64,000 nt of DNA from Patescibacteria group bacterium (GTDB lineage: Bacteria > Patescibacteriota > Patescibacteriia > CAIXNZ01). Under the pieces are notes generated by a model, which did no database searches, was not told where the DNA came from, and worked only from the letters and a program-made list of their open reading frames with translations. Numbering within the stretch: position 1 is the first letter of the stretch; every line of letters begins with the position of its first letter. The position numbers and the translations under genes were made by a program. This document shows positions 36,588 through 46,864 of the stretch, in pieces. The stretch spans positions 4,638 through 68,637 of the forward strand of contig JBAZJU010000006.1 in NCBI GenBank assembly GCA_041651155.1. The letters are read 5' to 3'.

Positions 36588-37519
36588 ATCCATTTTTTAC
36601 CTCTAAAATAGAAATACATCATAAGAGAGAAAAAGAGCATTAAGCTTAATATTTTCCAAAAATCCAGATATGAGCCGGCAATGGGCATATGGTTGACATT
36701 CATGCCAAAAATTGCCGCCATTAAAGTCAGGGGAAAAACAATTACTGAAAAAATAGTCAGGGTTCTCATGATGTCATTTAATTTAAAAGTAACTAAGGAG
36801 CTATTAGTATCTTCCAAAGCATTAATCGTTTGTTGATAATTTTCCAGTAAGTCCCAGATATTCTGGGTATGGTCAATCAAATCATTGTAATAAGATTGTA
36901 TCTTGGCCGCCTGGCCATTGAATAGATTCATTTCCTGCTTTACCAATTTTTGTAAAACTACCCGGTGGACTTGCATGATTTTGCGGAAATAAACAATATT
37001 TCTTTTAACTACTAAAATTTCACTGACCATTTCGCGCTCTTTGCCGGCAAAGATGTTTTTTTCAATATTGCTAATGTCCAGGCTGATATGATCAAGCATG
37101 GGGAAAATGGAAACATAAATGCGATCCAGAATCTCATAAAGCAGCATGGCCGGCGAATTATTCAGATATTTTTCTCTGGTTGCCTTGGCAGTCAGGCAGG
37201 CATCAAAAAGATCTCGCAGCGGCTGAAGCTGGTTATAATGAATGGTGATTAGATCATTTTTAGCCAAATAAATATCAATCTCAGCTGGCGTTATCTCTCT
37301 TGTTCTGCGATTATAAACCGGAAAAAGTAAAACCAAAAAGTAATAATTTGGCCTGACGTTTAGTTTCGGCCTTTGGGCATGTTTATGAGAATATGAATCA
37401 TCCAGATCAAGCTGGTCAAATTTATATTTTTTCTTTAAATTTGAGATTTCTTTTTCTGAAGCATTAAGGATGTTAATCCAGCTTGATTTTGAGCCATTGA
37501 TTATTTGGGTTTGAGGCAT
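36584..37519 (-). CDS. corA: Magnesium/cobalt transporter CorA
   Basis: GMN motif (FGMNVNHMP) before two C-terminal TM helices; convergent 4-nt overlap with dus. Confidence 0.85.
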   Translation of the reverse strand: MPQTQIINGSKSSWINILNASEKEISNLKKKYKFDQLDLDDSYSHKHAQRPKLNVRPNYYFLVLLFPVYNRRTREITPAEIDIYLAKNDLITIHYNQLQPLRDLFDACLTAKATREKYLNNSPAMLLYEILDRIYVSIFPMLDHISLDISNIEKNIFAGKEREMVSEILVVKRNIVYFRKIMQVHRVVLQKLVKQEMNLFNGQAAKIQSYYNDLIDHTQNIWDLLENYQQTINALEDTNSSLVTFKLNDIMRTLTIFSVIVFPLTLMAAIFGMNVNHMPIAGSYLDFWKILSLMLFFSLMMYFYFRGKKWI

Positions 37520-37729
37520 GGGTTTTATTTAATATTTGTTTGAATATATTATAGCATAGAAAAGGAATTAGCTATAGGTTTTTAGTCGGGGCAACCAGTT
37601 TAGTCTTCCGGCTTATGCCTTAAGTTCTTGATAAAGACCAGCTACTATTTACCAAGCTGGCAGTTAAGACTTATAACCAAAGCCCATTTTCTTTTTTTTC
37701 CCAAAATATGCTATTATAAATACAAGTTT

Positions 37730-38269
37730 ATGCCCCAGAAAATAACAGATATTACCAAGAAAATTGAAGATCCTCAGGAGAAAGAGGTTAAAATCCAGCC
37801 AGAGCATACACAAGAAGCTCCGCGCATAATTGAAGTTGAAAAAAAAATAGAAGCCGCGCCTTCTGCTGAAATTTTGGTTACCCAGATTGTAAAAGAAGAA
37901 AAGGGAGAACCGCCTGTTTCTGCCGGGATCAGACAGGCGCCGGCCGAACCGGTAAAAAGCCCCATTCTGGAAAAAATTGAAGATGTTTTGCAGGAAGATT
38001 TGGAAGATATTTATTTTCAGCTGACTCCGGAAAAACAGGAAGAATTCAGGCAAACAGGCGAACAAACCGCCTCACAAATTGCGGTTTTAATGGGCGCAGT
38101 TAAAATTCAGGTCACTAAAATATTAGGCCTGATTATCAAATGGCTCAGAATTATACCTCACGTCAATAGATATTTTTTAGAACAGGAAGCAAAAATTAAG
38201 ACTGATAAGCTTATAGAGCTTAGAAATAAGGGAGAGATTATTAGTCCTGAAAATCAAAACAAAATCTAG
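37730..38269 (+). CDS. Hypothetical protein (Glu/Lys-rich)
   Basis: Start at MPQKITDITKK; upstream portion of the six-frame ORF overlaps corA promoter region. Confidence 0.5.
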   Translation: MPQKITDITKKIEDPQEKEVKIQPEHTQEAPRIIEVEKKIEAAPSAEILVTQIVKEEKGEPPVSAGIRQAPAEPVKSPILEKIEDVLQEDLEDIYFQLTPEKQEEFRQTGEQTASQIAVLMGAVKIQVTKILGLIIKWLRIIPHVNRYFLEQEAKIKTDKLIELRNKGEIISPENQNKI

Positions 38270-38278
38270 TAAAAACAA

Positions 38279-40834
38279 ATGGATAATTTTTTCATTCAAT
38301 TAGCTAATTTTGAAATCAGCGGCCCTAAATTATACATCCTTTTAGGCTTAGTTATATTTGTCGGTGTTTTGATCCTGTGGCTGCTGTTTTTTTTAATTAA
38401 AAAAATATTAAAGAAAATTTTAAAAAATTCAGCCAGCTTTAAGCAGGCAGTACTTTTAATCCAGGTGCCAAAATATGAAATCGTGGAAACAGGCGAGCGG
38501 ACTCAGCCAAAAACCCAGGAAGATTTAGCAGAAAAGATTGCGACCATGGAAGCCTTTTTTGCCAATATCGCAGGTTTGCCGGCGCAGAAAGGCTTGAAAT
38601 ACGAATTTATTAACCGCACTGATCATTTATCTTTGGAAATAGTTTTGAAAGATGGCTTGATTTATTTTTATGCGGTGGTGCCGCAAAATTGGAAAGATTT
38701 TATTGAACAGCAGATAATGGCCCAGTTCCCCAAGGCTTTTGTGGCAGAAGTAGAAGATTATAATATTTTTAGCCCGCAGGGCGTGATAGCCGGCTCTATG
38801 CTCAAATTCAGGAAAGAATATATTTACCCTATTAAAACTTATAGAAAATTGGAAACAGATTCTTTGAATGCTTTAACCGGCGCCTTAAGCAAACTGGATA
38901 AAAATTCAGGCGCGGCTATTCAGGTCGTGCTCAGATCAGCCAACCCCAAATGGCATAGGTGGGGTCGCCAGGCTGCTTCAATCGCGCATCAGGGCAAAAA
39001 AGTCAGCGAAGCAATCTCAGAAGCAGGGGGCAGTTTTTTCTCACTAGATAAAATCTTAAAGTTTTTTCAGGGCTGGAGCAGTCCGCCAAAACCTGTGGCA
39101 GGTCAGGAGCCGCTCAAACCTTACCAGTTGTCTTCCCTGGAAGAGGAAATTCTGAAAGGCATTGAAGAAAAATCAGCCAAGGGCGGCTTGGAAGCAAACA
39201 TCAGGGTCATTGTCTCCGCAGAAAATCAAGAAAAGGCGAATATGTATCTGGAAAATATTTTAAATAGTTTCGGCCAGTTTAATATTTATGAATACGGCAA
39301 TGCTTTTAAAAGATATTCACCGAATAAAAATAAATTAATCAAAGATTTTATTTTTCGTGAGTTTGATGATAAAGCTAAGATGATCATGAATACAGAAGAG
39401 ATCACCTCTGTTTATCATTTTCCTTTGGGTCACACTGAAACGCCGAATATCATCTGGTTGCAGGCCAGAAAAGCTGCTCCGCCGGCTGAATTGCCCAGCG
39501 AAGGACTTTTAATCGGCTATAATGATTTTCGCGGCATAAATAGAGAAATACGCTTAACAGATGATGATCGCCGCCGCCATGTTTATATTATAGGTCAAAC
39601 TGGTACTGGTAAATCGCAGTTGCAAATTAATATGATCATCCAGGATATTGCTAATGGCAAAGGCGTTTGTTTCATTGATCCTCATGGTGATACAATTGAC
39701 ACGATCATGCAATATATCCCCAAAGAAAGGGCTGAAGATGTAATTCTTTTTGATCCTTCAGATACGCAAAGGCCAATGGCTTTAAATATGATGGAATTTG
39801 AAAATCCTGAACAAAAGACAATGGTGATAAATGAAATGATGAATGTCTTTGATAAATTGTATGATTTAAAAACAACCGGCGGTCCGATTTTTGAACAGTA
39901 TATGAGAAACACCATGCTTTTAAACATGGAAGATCCTGAATCAGGCTCTACTTTGTTAGAAGTTTCCAAAGTTTTATCAGATGAAGATTTTAGAAAATAT
40001 AAATTGTCCAAAACCAAAACTCAGGTAGTTAAAGATTTCTGGGAAAAAGAAGCAGAAAAGGCAGGCGGTGAAGCTGCTTTAGCTAATATGGTGCCTTATA
40101 TTACTTCCAAATTAACTTCATTTATTGCCAATGACGTGATGAGGCCAATTATCGCCCAGCAAAAAAGCGCATTCAGCTTCAGAAAAGCCATGGATGAACA
40201 AAAGATTATTATGGTGAAATTGTCTAAGGGCTTGCTTGGCGAAATTAATGCTAATTTATTAGGCATGGTAATTGTGGGGAAAATCCTTTTGGCTGCTTTA
40301 AGCCGAGTAGACCAGCCTGAGGCATCAAGAAAAGATTTTTATTTATATATTGATGAGTTCCAGAATTTTTTAACTGAGGGCATTCAGGTGATTTTATCAG
40401 AAGCCAGGAAGTATAGATTGTGCTTAACGATTGCCCATCAATTTATCGGCCAATTGGTAAAGAATAATGACACGCGATTTAAAGACGCGATTTTTGGCAA
40501 TGTGGGCAGCAAAGTAGCTTTCCGAGTAGGCGTGGAAGATGCGGAAATTTTTGCCAAAGAATTTGCGCCGGTTTTCAACCAATATGATGTGATGAACGTG
40601 CCGAATTTAAACGGCTTTATTAAGCCTCTGATTTTGGGCAAAGTTGTGCCGCCTTTTAGTTTTCAGCTGATGCCGTTTGAAACAAGGCCAAAAGCTAATC
40701 CTGAATTAGCCCAGGCCATTAAAGAACTTTCCCGTTTGAAATACGGCCGAGACAGAAATATTGTGGAAGCGGAAATTATTGAAAGAACAAAAAAGACAGT
40801 GGCTAAAGAAGAAAATGAGGATATCTTCGCTTAA
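38279..40834 (+). CDS. Membrane-anchored P-loop ATPase, VirD4/TraG-coupling-protein or HerA/DUF87-like (851 aa)
   Basis: N-terminal TM, Walker A IIGQTGTGKSQL, Walker B YIDEFQNF; architecture common in CPR type IV secretion/competence-like loci. Confidence 0.65.
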   Translation: MDNFFIQLANFEISGPKLYILLGLVIFVGVLILWLLFFLIKKILKKILKNSASFKQAVLLIQVPKYEIVETGERTQPKTQEDLAEKIATMEAFFANIAGLPAQKGLKYEFINRTDHLSLEIVLKDGLIYFYAVVPQNWKDFIEQQIMAQFPKAFVAEVEDYNIFSPQGVIAGSMLKFRKEYIYPIKTYRKLETDSLNALTGALSKLDKNSGAAIQVVLRSANPKWHRWGRQAASIAHQGKKVSEAISEAGGSFFSLDKILKFFQGWSSPPKPVAGQEPLKPYQLSSLEEEILKGIEEKSAKGGLEANIRVIVSAENQEKANMYLENILNSFGQFNIYEYGNAFKRYSPNKNKLIKDFIFREFDDKAKMIMNTEEITSVYHFPLGHTETPNIIWLQARKAAPPAELPSEGLLIGYNDFRGINREIRLTDDDRRRHVYIIGQTGTGKSQLQINMIIQDIANGKGVCFIDPHGDTIDTIMQYIPKERAEDVILFDPSDTQRPMALNMMEFENPEQKTMVINEMMNVFDKLYDLKTTGGPIFEQYMRNTMLLNMEDPESGSTLLEVSKVLSDEDFRKYKLSKTKTQVVKDFWEKEAEKAGGEAALANMVPYITSKLTSFIANDVMRPIIAQQKSAFSFRKAMDEQKIIMVKLSKGLLGEINANLLGMVIVGKILLAALSRVDQPEASRKDFYLYIDEFQNFLTEGIQVILSEARKYRLCLTIAHQFIGQLVKNNDTRFKDAIFGNVGSKVAFRVGVEDAEIFAKEFAPVFNQYDVMNVPNLNGFIKPLILGKVVPPFSFQLMPFETRPKANPELAQAIKELSRLKYGRDRNIVEAEIIERTKKTVAKEENEDIFA

Positions 40835-40957
40835 GGAGGTTTTATGAAGTTTTATGACGTTTATGATGCTGCATAAAACCAGAAGCAACCTCATAAAACT
40901 TAATATAACATTATATAACCTCATATAACCTAAACAATATAAATAAAAAATAAACCC

Positions 40958-41542
40958 ATGAAAAACAAAAATCAAAACTCAGAGTCAATTATTTTGTCGC
41001 AAAGCAAATATCTGCTGATCCAAAAAATTTTAAGGAACATCCATGAGAATTTGGGCAAGGTTATCCAGATTTTAGAACAAGGCCCGGAAGAAATGGAAGA
41101 CTGGGACAATTCTTTACAGGGAATTTCTCAGACTTTAAAAGAGGCTGAAAGAGATTTAGAGGTCATGGGTGGAGAAAGAGTAATTGAAGGTGTTTTTGAC
41201 GGAGAAAAAATGATTGGACCCGATGGCCAGGAATATGCCGTGCCAGCCAATTATGCTTCCAAATCAAAATTAGTTGAAGGCGATATTCTAAAATTAACGA
41301 TCAATGGCCGGGGGGATTTCCTTTATAAACAAATAGGCCCGGTGGAAAGAAAAAAGATCCTGGGTACGATTGGTCTGGATAAAAATGGGGATTATTTTGT
41401 AGCTGCTGAAAAAAAGAAATGGAAAGTACTGCCAGCCAGTGTCACTTATTTTAAAGGCCAGCCTGGCGATGAAGCAGTAATTCTGGTGCCTAAAGATGCT
41501 GTCAGTAAATGGGCGGCTGTGGAAAATGTGGTAAAAAAGTAA
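40958..41542 (+). CDS. Hypothetical protein
   Basis: 194 aa; immediately downstream of ATPase. Confidence 0.5.
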   Translation: MKNKNQNSESIILSQSKYLLIQKILRNIHENLGKVIQILEQGPEEMEDWDNSLQGISQTLKEAERDLEVMGGERVIEGVFDGEKMIGPDGQEYAVPANYASKSKLVEGDILKLTINGRGDFLYKQIGPVERKKILGTIGLDKNGDYFVAAEKKKWKVLPASVTYFKGQPGDEAVILVPKDAVSKWAAVENVVKK

Positions 41543-41662
41543 GTCAAACCACAGATTTTTTATCACAGATAACACTGATACATTTAAATCCCGGGGAACT
41601 GGGATTTTTATAACTGTAACAAAAATTTGGCTTTGGCGTTTAATAAGTTATAACGAAAGATT

Positions 41663-42199
41663 ATGAATCTTTCAGAAAAAGAAATACAAAATTTAATATT
41701 GCAGGCCCAGCAAGGGGACCAGAGTTCTTTTACGCAAATTTATAATTTGTTTTTTGAACGTGTGTATAAATTCATCTTTTTTAGGACTAAAATAAGGGAA
41801 GAAGCTGAAGATCTGACCAGCCGCGTTTTTCTGAAAGTCTGGCAGAATCTGACTAAATATAAAGAGCAAAAAACAGCGAAATTTTCCACTTGGCTATTTC
41901 AAATCGCCAGGTTCACAGTGATTGATTATTATCGGCAGGCAAAAACTAAAGTTTCTTTGACTGAAGTTGAAAATTATATTGGCAGTGAATTTAATCAAGC
42001 TGAGCAGGAAATTGCCGAGGTTAAAAGGAGCATCCATAATTTGCCTGTTGAATGGCAAAATATAATCACGCTGCGCTATTTTGATGGTTTGGATTATGCG
42101 CAGATAGCTAAAATTACAGGCAAAACTGCAGTCGGAGTACGGGTGATTGCGCATCGGGCGATAAAAAGATTGGGTAAATTATTAAAAATATATGAATAA
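41663..42199 (+). CDS. RNA polymerase sigma-70 factor, ECF subfamily
   Basis: Region 2 (FERVYKFIFFR...AEDLTSRVFLKVW) and region 4 HTH (LRYFDGLDYAQIAKITGKTAVGVRVIAHRAIKRL). Confidence 0.85.
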   Translation: MNLSEKEIQNLILQAQQGDQSSFTQIYNLFFERVYKFIFFRTKIREEAEDLTSRVFLKVWQNLTKYKEQKTAKFSTWLFQIARFTVIDYYRQAKTKVSLTEVENYIGSEFNQAEQEIAEVKRSIHNLPVEWQNIITLRYFDGLDYAQIAKITGKTAVGVRVIAHRAIKRLGKLLKIYE

Positions 42200-42947
42200 T
42201 AAAAAAGCCAAAATTGAAAATTTATTAACCAAAACAAACCAGCAGTTTGTAGTTTTAGATTTGCCGCAGAATGCCACCAGAGACAAATTAATGCGGCAAA
42301 TTAATCAGCCTGTAACAAATTTATCAGCCGATCGATTAAATATAGGCAAAGAGCTTTTTAAATTAAAAATTTTTAGATTGGCAAGCTCTGGCACAATTGT
42401 TTTGGTTGCCATGCTACTTTTAGGCGGTTCAAGTGTTTACGCAGCGACCCAATCATTGCCCGGCGATATGCTTTATCCGGTCAATAGAAAAATAGAGGAT
42501 TTTAATCTGGCCCTGGCCAGAAATCAGGTCCAAAGGCATCAGATTATTATTATTCATTTGCAAAAACGGGCAACTGAATGGGAAAAAATAAAAGCCCACA
42601 ATAATGATGTTCAGGTTTTAACAACTCAGGAAAAGCTGGCAATGGAAAACATGAAAGCAGCTTTTGCTCAGACTATTAATGAGTTGCGGGCACAAAAGCA
42701 AAATTATCTTAATGATAATTTTGACCAATTAACCGAGAAACAGCAATTTGAGCAGGAGATTATCAGAATGAATGAGATTATGGTCCAGCATCTGCAATTT
42801 TTAAAAAATCGTGAAAGTGAAATTGAACAAGGCATAAATTCCGTGCAGGATGATAAAAAGGAAATTGAAGATTTGGTTAATTCAATGAATGCGCAGATGG
42901 CTGAACATAAGCAGATGATGCAGGCAGCCCAGATGATTTCCCAATAA
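42192..42947 (+). CDS. Putative anti-sigma factor (single TM, coiled-coil periplasmic part); start overlaps sigma gene stop
   Basis: Position after the ECF sigma, one TM helix (GTIVLVAMLLLGGSSVYA). Confidence 0.5.
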   Translation: MNNKKAKIENLLTKTNQQFVVLDLPQNATRDKLMRQINQPVTNLSADRLNIGKELFKLKIFRLASSGTIVLVAMLLLGGSSVYAATQSLPGDMLYPVNRKIEDFNLALARNQVQRHQIIIIHLQKRATEWEKIKAHNNDVQVLTTQEKLAMENMKAAFAQTINELRAQKQNYLNDNFDQLTEKQQFEQEIIRMNEIMVQHLQFLKNRESEIEQGINSVQDDKKEIEDLVNSMNAQMAEHKQMMQAAQMISQ

Positions 42948-43103
42948 TTTTTAGCAAAAAGGTCGAAAAATAATAATATTTAAGCATGGCAAAGAATTCC
43001 CTTGGCAAATGTCCGGGGATTCTTTGTTTTTATTCGCCTTGATTTTCTGATCCGTTTGGCTTAAAATAGAGTTAGACGCAAAGATAAAAACACTCAAAAT
43101 AAT

Positions 43104-43724
43104 ATGCCTAAAAAAGAAACTCAGATATTTTATATACATGGAGGAATGACTTTTAAAAATAAAAGGGATTATTTGCATTTTTTAAAAAACAGAGATGTAA
43201 CTATCGAAAAGAAGATGAAGTGGAGCGACGCCTACTTGGAAAAAAAACTAGGCAGAAATTTCCAGATTATAAGACCCAGAATGCCACTTCAGGATAATGC
43301 TAAATATTACGATTGGGCGACTCACTTTGAAAGATATATCCCAAAATTAAAAAACAATATTATTTTGATTGGCGAATCTCTTGGCGGTATATTTTTGGCC
43401 AAATATTTATCTGAAAATACATTTCCCAAAAAGATAAGGGCAACATATTTAATCTGTCCTCCATTTGACAACTCGCTTCCGGGCGAAGATTTGGTTGGCG
43501 GGTTTACTTTGAAAAAAGATATATCAAAAATCGAAAAAAATTCTAAAAAGCTTTATCTGCTTTTTTCAAAGAACGACCCCGTGGTTCCTCCGTCTCAAGC
43601 TAAAAAATATGCCGCCAAGTTAAAAAATGCAAATATTATTATATATGACCACATTGCAGGACATTTTCAAATATCTGAGTTTCCAGAAATTATAAAAATT
43701 ATTAAAGCGGATGTAAGAAAGTAG
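43104..43724 (+). CDS. Alpha/beta-fold serine hydrolase (YdeN/RBBP9-like esterase family)
   Basis: GXSXG nucleophile elbow IGESLGG; catalytic His near C-terminus (HIAGHF); ~200 aa. Confidence 0.6.
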   Translation: MPKKETQIFYIHGGMTFKNKRDYLHFLKNRDVTIEKKMKWSDAYLEKKLGRNFQIIRPRMPLQDNAKYYDWATHFERYIPKLKNNIILIGESLGGIFLAKYLSENTFPKKIRATYLICPPFDNSLPGEDLVGGFTLKKDISKIEKNSKKLYLLFSKNDPVVPPSQAKKYAAKLKNANIIIYDHIAGHFQISEFPEIIKIIKADVRK

Positions 43725-43933
43725 TGTTTTTATTGCAGCAAATAACAAGTTCTATCGGGTTCCAGGAATTTGCCATAATACAATATATAAAACCCCGGGA
43801 AACTGGGGTTTTTCGCCCTTGCTTTTATCCCATAATTCGCTTAAAATAGAGTTATCAATTAAGAGCTAAAACGTTAAAATCTCTAAACTTATACACATTT
43901 AGCTCCTCTTAAACCTCTAAAACCTATTATCAC

Positions 43934-45607
43934 ATGTCTTTAGCTTTATACAGAAAATACAGGCCGCAGACCTGGCAGGAATTAACCGGCCAGAATCACA
44001 TTAAAGTGACCTTGCAGCATGAAATTGAAACTGGCAAAGTTAGCCATGCTTATCTTTTTACTGGCCCGCGCGGGATCGGTAAAACTACCACGGCGCGGCT
44101 TTTAGCCAAGGCAATTAATTGCGAAAAGCGCCAGGAAGGCGAAAGCGAACCTTGCGGTCAGTGTGATTCATGCTTGGAATTAACTGCTGGCAATGATTTG
44201 GATATTTTGGAAATAGATGCAGCTTCGCATACAGGAGTTGATAATGTGCGCGAGAATATTATTGCCAACGCGCGTTTTACTCCTGCTAAAAGAAAATTCA
44301 AAGTGTTTATCATTGATGAAGTGCACATGCTGTCAATCTCGGCTTTTAATGCGCTTTTAAAAACCCTGGAAGAACCGCCGGCTCATGCCATATTTATTTT
44401 AGCTACGACTGAAGTGCATAAAGTGCCAGCCACTATTATTTCCCGCTGCCAGAGATTTGATTTTAAAAAAGTTAATGCTGATGATTTAATTAAGCGCTTA
44501 AGCTGGATGTGCCAGCAGGAAAACGTGAAAGTCACTAGTGATGTCTTAACTGATATCGCCCGCTTTAGCGAAGGTTCTTTGCGCGATGCTGAGAGCTTGC
44601 TCGGACAAATTCTCTCGCTTGGTGAAAAGGAAATTGGCAGGGCAGAAGCCAGCTTAATCATTCCTGCTTCAAATTATAATTTGGTTCTAGAGCTTGTTGA
44701 ATATTTAGTCTATAAAAATTTGGAAGCCAGCATTACCTTAATTAATAAATTAGTGCAGGAAGGCGTTGATCTTAATAAGTTTGTTGATGACTTGGTGGAA
44801 TTTTTACGCAAAATAATTTTGGCAAAAATCAGCGGAAGTTTAAAATCGTATTCTTTTGAATTGGATGAAAAAATGGAAAAAGCCATACTGGAGGTCTCGC
44901 AGAAATTTGAAGCGGCAGAACTGGTTGATTTGATTAATTCATTTAGCTCAAAAAAATTTGAAATAAAAACAGCGGCTATTCCTCAGCTGCCTTTAGAAAT
45001 CGCAGTGATAGAGTATTGCGGCAAAGGTTCCTCCTTTGCTTCTGGCGAAGCTTCGGAGGACAAGAAAGATGGGAAATTCCCGCCGGGCGGAGGAGCAATT
45101 TCAGGCAGCAAATTGGCAGACAAAGGAAAAGAAAATACAGGTGGTGCGAACAGCGCCACTTTAAAAAATTCAATTTCTGTGAATAAAGGCGACTTAAACA
45201 AAAAGATAAATATAAGTCTTGACAAAATAAAAAATAAATGGCATAATTTTTTAGTAAAACTCCAGGAGACCAATGCATCTTTAGTTTTTATTCTAAAAGT
45301 ATCAGAACCTTTAGAATTAAACGGTAATATCTTAAAGATCGGCTTTAAATATCCTTTTCATGAACAGCGTGTGAACCAGGCTAAAGTTAAAGACGCAGTG
45401 GAAAATATTTTAGCAGAATTTTTTAATGAGCAAATTATTGTTGCGACCAGCCTTTTGCCCAAGGATTATGAAAGTGATTTTATTAAAGAAGAAACTAAGT
45501 CTGATGAGGTTGAATTAGTGGAAGAAATATCCAGCCCTGTTAACGGTGAACAGCAAGCTATGATTGATAATTTGGTTAAGACGTTTGGAGGGAAGGTGGT
45601 GGAATAA
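43934..45607 (+). CDS. dnaX: DNA polymerase III subunit gamma/tau
   Basis: LYRKYRPQTWQEL, Walker A GPRGIGKTT, zinc module CGQCDSC, DEVHML, SRCQ sensor motif. Confidence 0.92.
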   Translation: MSLALYRKYRPQTWQELTGQNHIKVTLQHEIETGKVSHAYLFTGPRGIGKTTTARLLAKAINCEKRQEGESEPCGQCDSCLELTAGNDLDILEIDAASHTGVDNVRENIIANARFTPAKRKFKVFIIDEVHMLSISAFNALLKTLEEPPAHAIFILATTEVHKVPATIISRCQRFDFKKVNADDLIKRLSWMCQQENVKVTSDVLTDIARFSEGSLRDAESLLGQILSLGEKEIGRAEASLIIPASNYNLVLELVEYLVYKNLEASITLINKLVQEGVDLNKFVDDLVEFLRKIILAKISGSLKSYSFELDEKMEKAILEVSQKFEAAELVDLINSFSSKKFEIKTAAIPQLPLEIAVIEYCGKGSSFASGEASEDKKDGKFPPGGGAISGSKLADKGKENTGGANSATLKNSISVNKGDLNKKINISLDKIKNKWHNFLVKLQETNASLVFILKVSEPLELNGNILKIGFKYPFHEQRVNQAKVKDAVENILAEFFNEQIIVATSLLPKDYESDFIKEETKSDEVELVEEISSPVNGEQQAMIDNLVKTFGGKVVE

Positions 45608-45703
45608 GTTTAAAATTCAAAGTTAAAAGTTTAAATTTGCAGTTCAAAATTAAAAATTTTAATTTTTTTGTCATTTGTTATTTGTCATTTGATATTTCTA
45701 TAT

Positions 45704-45775
45704 TGGGGAGTAGCCAAGTGGTAAGGCACCTGCCTCTGGAGCAGGCATTCGTAGGTTCGATCCCTACCTCCCCAG
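45704..45775 (+). tRNA. tRNA-Gln (anticodon CTG)
   Basis: Cloverleaf by eye: acceptor tggggag/ctcccca, D arm gcc-aagtggtaa-ggc, anticodon stem cctgc/gcagg with loop ctCTGga, T arm gtagg-ttcgatc-cctac, discriminator g; CCA not encoded. Confidence 0.8.
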
Positions 45776-45951
45776 TCCTATATTTATCCGCAGAAGGTAT
45801 GCTTAAGCGCACATTTTTTCTCTTGGCAAGAATGATTTATGTTCAACAATATTTTATAAACGAATTAATATATGTCTATCGATAAGGAACTTAAATGTTG
45901 AAATGGCGCTGATATCAATTTAAAATTCTAACCGAATCGTAAAATTATTTT

Positions 45952-46851
45952 ATGCCCGAAATAAAGAGACCCGATATCAGTGAATTCAAAAATTTCGTTC
46001 TGCTCCGCGCGATAAGCGATAAACTTTTATTATCTGATATTCAATTAAAAGAAATTCAGTCCAACATCTTATTGGTTAATGGGACGAATAAGTTGGGACA
46101 AAAAGAAAATTTTATTTTCAAAAAGCAACGTAATCGCAGTCCGTTACTTGGGGACAATACTAACAATAGAGAGGCGCTATTTTATCATGTCATGGCAGAT
46201 GAGGTCACTTTTGATTTACCGCGGTATTTCGGGAGGGTTAATGATTTTGAAGTTTTTTCTTTTTTAAAAAAAGATGAAATGGAAATTAACACTGAGCAGA
46301 TGTTAAGTCCGCTCGAGAAATTGCAGAGAATTGGCATTGCAAAACAGGACAAGGTCATGTTTGCGGGGGAATACAGAGACAAAGACAAAATTATCCATTT
46401 TATAGACAAATTGCTTATTGATATTAGGAGGAATCCTTTGTTAAAGCCGACTGCGGATAAAATTTCTGAGAATATGGATTTATTTGTTCAAGCAATTGAT
46501 TACTTGAGCCAGTTACCCCAGGTTTTTGTTCATGGAGATTACTGGAGAAATAATTTGATTGTTTCGAACGGAAGAGTATATATTATTGATTGGGAAAACT
46601 GTCAGATAAATAACAACTACTACGATTTAACAACGTTATTCTATACTGAAAAAATCATGTTTGCTAATGAAAAATTTGATCCGACAATAAATGGTCATAA
46701 TGACATTCGGGCGATGGATTATAATTTTTTGCTTCAAACAGTATCGCAAATAATCCCGGAATTGGCGGGAAAGAAGGGTTCCCCCCACGACTGGGAGAAA
46801 AATTGGCTCGATGCCTTTATTGATATTATGAATAAATACGGTGTAAAATAA
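45952..46851 (+). CDS. Aminoglycoside-phosphotransferase (APH)-fold kinase family protein
   Basis: VFVHGDYWRNNLIV ... YIIDWENCQ (Brenner motif HGD, DxxxxN and IDWE motif). Confidence 0.65.
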   Translation: MPEIKRPDISEFKNFVLLRAISDKLLLSDIQLKEIQSNILLVNGTNKLGQKENFIFKKQRNRSPLLGDNTNNREALFYHVMADEVTFDLPRYFGRVNDFEVFSFLKKDEMEINTEQMLSPLEKLQRIGIAKQDKVMFAGEYRDKDKIIHFIDKLLIDIRRNPLLKPTADKISENMDLFVQAIDYLSQLPQVFVHGDYWRNNLIVSNGRVYIIDWENCQINNNYYDLTTLFYTEKIMFANEKFDPTINGHNDIRAMDYNFLLQTVSQIIPELAGKKGSPHDWEKNWLDAFIDIMNKYGVK

Positions 46852-46864
46852 TAAACTTATTTTT

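Noticed and set aside
41587-43812. Short hairpins cccggggaactggga (41587-41612) and ccccgggaaactgggg (43786-43812) as a distinct repeat family
   Set aside because: They are most simply intrinsic terminator stems after the 40958 gene and the hydrolase gene. Only two short copies were seen, too little to call a family, though they are noted.
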